Source of the DNA: Candidatus Phocaeicola gallistercoris
Lineage (GTDB): Bacteria > Bacteroidota > Bacteroidia > Bacteroidales > Bacteroidaceae
Reading direction: 5' to 3'
Assembly: GCA_019116145.1 (NCBI GenBank)
Contig: DXCG01000150.1
Span: forward strand, 1 to 47,666
DNA length: 47,666 bases
Shown: one piece after another, positions 45,574 to 47,666 of the stretch
Layout of the letters: each line of letters opens with the position of its first letter
How positions within the stretch are numbered: the first letter of the stretch is position 1
Made by a program: the position numbers and the translations under genes
The notes under the pieces: generated by a model
Database searches by the model: none
Seen by the model: only the letters and a program-made list of their open reading frames with translations
What the model was told of the DNA's origin: nothing

Positions 45574-45945
45574 TTATTTCATGAATACAAAGTAAACAGC
45601 TAATACCAAACAGATAAAAGCAGCCAAATGATTCCAATGCAAGGCTTCTCCTTTAAAAAACAACGTTGTAAAAACCGTAAAAACAATAAGAGTGATGACT
45701 TCTTGTATAACTTTTAATTGTAGAAGAGAAAAAGGACCTCCATTATCGACAAAGCCTATTCTATTTGCCGGAATCTGGCAAAGATATTCAAATAAGGCAA
45801 TAGACCAACTAAACAAAACAACTCCTATCAAAGTTAAAGAGGCAAACCAACTATATTCTTGTTTCAATTTCAAATGACCATACCAAGCAAAAGTCATAAA
45901 AATATTAGAAACAATCAATAATCCTATTGTATAAAACCCTTTCAT
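45574..45945 (-). CDS. DMT-family small membrane protein
   Basis: SNIFMTFAWYGHL, FEY..QIPANRIG, QLKVIQEVITL. Confidence 0.9.
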   Translation of the reverse strand: MKGFYTIGLLIVSNIFMTFAWYGHLKLKQEYSWFASLTLIGVVLFSWSIALFEYLCQIPANRIGFVDNGGPFSLLQLKVIQEVITLIVFTVFTTLFFKGEALHWNHLAAFICLVLAVYFVFMK

Positions 45946-46020
45946 AATTTATTGTTTTTACACTATATTATCCTAAAACCTTTAAACAACACACTTGTTT
46001 ATACACATTAAAAATAGCCG

Positions 46021-46050
46021 CAAAATTAGTAATTCAACATAAAATCGCAA
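46021..46050 (-). promoter_or_regulatory. Putative promoter of the DMT gene
   Basis: Minus-strand TAATTTTG (46021-46028) with TTG 19 nt upstream. Confidence 0.55.
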
Positions 46051-46192
46051 TACGATATTTCATATTATTTTTGTTTAACGCATACATTCGTATCAAAGGA
46101 CAAACCATTGAAAACAATATGAAAGAAAAACTTTACAGTAAAAGCATCACACAAAAGCTTCCTACTATCCTAAAAGATGTTCACAAACATGC

Positions 46193-46228
46193 AAAAAAAA
46201 GAAGCCCTATTATTTAAATAGAACTTCT
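46193..46228 (-). terminator. Intrinsic terminator after tRNA-Thr
   Basis: Minus-strand AGAAGUUCUAUU-UAAAU-AAUAGGGCUUCU (two G-U pairs) followed by a U-run. Confidence 0.85.
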
Positions 46229-46232
46229 AAAG

Positions 46233-46306
46233 AGCCTCTTGTCGGATTCGAACCAACGACCCCGAGATTACAAATCACGTGCTCTGGCCAACTGAGCTAA
46301 AGAGGC
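46233..46306 (-). tRNA. tRNA-Thr(UGU)
   Basis: GCCTCTT acceptor stem, TAGCTCAGTTGG D-arm, anticodon loop TT-TGT-AA, GGTTCGAATCC T-arm; CCA not encoded. Confidence 0.96.
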
Positions 46307-46310
46307 GGGT

Positions 46311-46407
46311 GGGTAAGCTTACCATATCGCGCCGCTACAACCAACTTACCTTTGCTGCGATCAAGCCCTGGAGGATTCGCAAGGAGCTGGCCGTATGGGA
46401 CCTACCC
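46311..46407 (-). ncRNA. ffs: Signal recognition particle RNA (4.5S)
   Basis: About 97-nt rod with paired ends (GGGUAGGU / GCUUACCC) and apical CCAGG...GCAGCA helix-8-like motif; immediately upstream of tRNA-Thr. Confidence 0.8.
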
Positions 46408-46453
46408 GTATTTCAAAGATAAACGCAAACCTTTTGTTTTTCGTTTGCGGTTG

Positions 46454-46484
46454 CAAAGGTAGACATATTTCTTTTATCTGCAAC
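46454..46484 (-). promoter_or_regulatory. Promoter of ffs-tRNA-Thr
   Basis: Minus-strand TACCTTTG (46454-46461) with TTG 19 nt upstream. Confidence 0.7.
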
Positions 46485-46565
46485 ATCTTTTCAAAAAAAA
46501 ATTCAGAAAAATCAAATAAATCACGTTTTTTAAACATTTTCTTTCTACGAATAAATTCAAAAACG

Positions 46566-46573
46566 TAATTTTG
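46566..46573 (+). promoter_or_regulatory. Putative -7 element for the DUF4199 operon
   Basis: TAATTTTG 32 nt before ATG 46606; no clear -33 element. Confidence 0.5.
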
Positions 46574-46605
46574 CAATTTAATTAGGATATTCAAAACAAC
46601 AACAA

Positions 46606-47142
46606 ATGACAACAGATAAACGAGCCGTGTTACAAGATTGCGCCATGCGATATGGCACATTCATGGGAATATTTTGGATCATCAAATTCGTTTTCATTCC
46701 TTTGGGAGTCTCGAATCCTATTTTACATTTCCTATTTATTCTGCTTACGATGTTTGTTCCTATCTTAGGATATATTTACGCACGCAAGTTCCGTAATAAT
46801 TATTCCGATGGAACCCTCAGTTTCATAAGGGCATTTACCTTTTTATTGTTTATGTATCTATTTGCTTCTATCTTGACTGCCCTTGCACATTACATCTATT
46901 TCCAATATTTAGATAATGGATTCTTATTTGAAACATATCGACAACAACTGGAAACACTGAAATCGGTCTATCCAACTGATATGGTAACTTCTTTCGACCA
47001 ACTAATCCAAGCGTTCGATACAATATCATCGTTAACACCCCTTCAGCTTACGTTCCAATTGATGTCGCAAAATACATTTTATGGAGTATTATTGTCGCTG
47101 ATTACAGCTCTCTTTGTCATGAAATATAAAAAAAACATATAA
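46606..47142 (+). CDS. DUF4199-like membrane protein
   Basis: AMRYGTFMGIFW, about four TM segments, AHYIYF.YLD motif; usual position before a GT2 gene in Bacteroides. Confidence 0.75.
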   Translation: MTTDKRAVLQDCAMRYGTFMGIFWIIKFVFIPLGVSNPILHFLFILLTMFVPILGYIYARKFRNNYSDGTLSFIRAFTFLLFMYLFASILTALAHYIYFQYLDNGFLFETYRQQLETLKSVYPTDMVTSFDQLIQAFDTISSLTPLQLTFQLMSQNTFYGVLLSLITALFVMKYKKNI

Positions 47143-47144
47143 AT

Positions 47145-47666
47145 ATGAATATATCAATCGTTATCCCTCTATATAATGAAGAAGAATCTTTAAACGAGTT
47201 ATATGCTTGGATAAAACGGGTTATGAATAATCATAAGTTCAGTTATGAAGTTATTTTTGTTGACGATGGAAGTACAGACAAATCTTGGCAAGTAATAGAA
47301 CAACTTCAAGAAAAGCACAACGAGGTAAAAGGTATCAAGTTTCGCCGGAACTACGGAAAATCACCGGCTCTTTATTTCGGTTTTAAACGGGCACAAGGTG
47401 ATGTCGTTATCACAATGGATGCCGATCTGCAAGATAGTCCCGATGAAATACCAGAACTTTACCGAATGATCACAATAGACGGCTACGACTTGGTTTCAGG
47501 ATGGAAAAAGAAACGGTATGATCCTTTATCGAAAACCATTCCTACCAAACTGTTCAACGCAACAGCACGTGCCGTATCGGGAATTCATAACCTTCACGAT
47601 TTTAATTGCGGACTGAAAGCATACCGCAAAGATGTTGTTAAGAACATCGAAGTATATGGTGAAATG
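47145..47666 (+). CDS. GT2 polyprenol-phosphate glycosyltransferase (ArnC/GtrB-like), 3' end beyond window
   Basis: Manual translation MNISIVIPLYNEEESL...VDDGSTD...FRRNYGKS...MDADLQD...VSGWK...HDFNCGLKAY. Confidence 0.92.
   Translation, partial: MNISIVIPLYNEEESLNELYAWIKRVMNNHKFSYEVIFVDDGSTDKSWQVIEQLQEKHNEVKGIKFRRNYGKSPALYFGFKRAQGDVVITMDADLQDSPDEIPELYRMITIDGYDLVSGWKKKRYDPLSKTIPTKLFNATARAVSGIHNLHDFNCGLKAYRKDVVKNIEVYGEM

Noticed and set aside
39432-46306. Integrative element inserted at tRNA-Thr using this integrase
   Set aside because: The recombinase is about 5.6 kb from the tRNA, I saw no duplicated tRNA 3' end or mobilisation genes, and it abuts IRs around a promoter, which fits an invertase.
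46361-46660. 99-aa minus-strand ORF
   Set aside because: Overlaps the SRP RNA, its promoter and the DUF4199 start; spurious.

Overview
The window looks like a Bacteroidaceae (Bacteroides/Phocaeicola-like) chromosomal segment, inferred from TAnnTTTG promoters, upxY and type V pilin lipoproteins. Almost everything from about 45.9 kb to the left edge is on the minus strand. Right to left: (1) core genes (GT2, DUF4199, SRP RNA + tRNA-Thr(UGU), DMT protein); (2) an O-acetyltransferase/MATE/MalY/MFS cassette; (3) a tyrosine recombinase next to a promoter flanked by three palindromic recombinase-type core sites, with the promoter currently pointing at upxY (ON); (4) a long Wzx/Wzy capsular/exopolysaccharide locus with amino-sugar and unusual acyl-tailoring genes, many glycosyltransferases, Wza and Wzc; (5) a 60-aa peptide, two type V pilin-like lipoproteins and an OmpA-type barrel; (6) a Septu/PtuAB-like ATPase + HNH pair with its own promoter; (7) an S24/S26 peptidase and an ABC exporter running off the window edge. 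The most notable element is a dispersed RiPP-like module inside the capsule/pilus operon. It comprises a PqqD/RRE protein, a nucleotidyltransferase, an HPr-kinase-like kinase, a Ser-His peptidase, an ABC exporter and a candidate precursor with a lasso-type YxxP leader, with no lasso cyclase or radical SAM enzyme visible. All family calls come from motif recognition by eye; no database searches were run.
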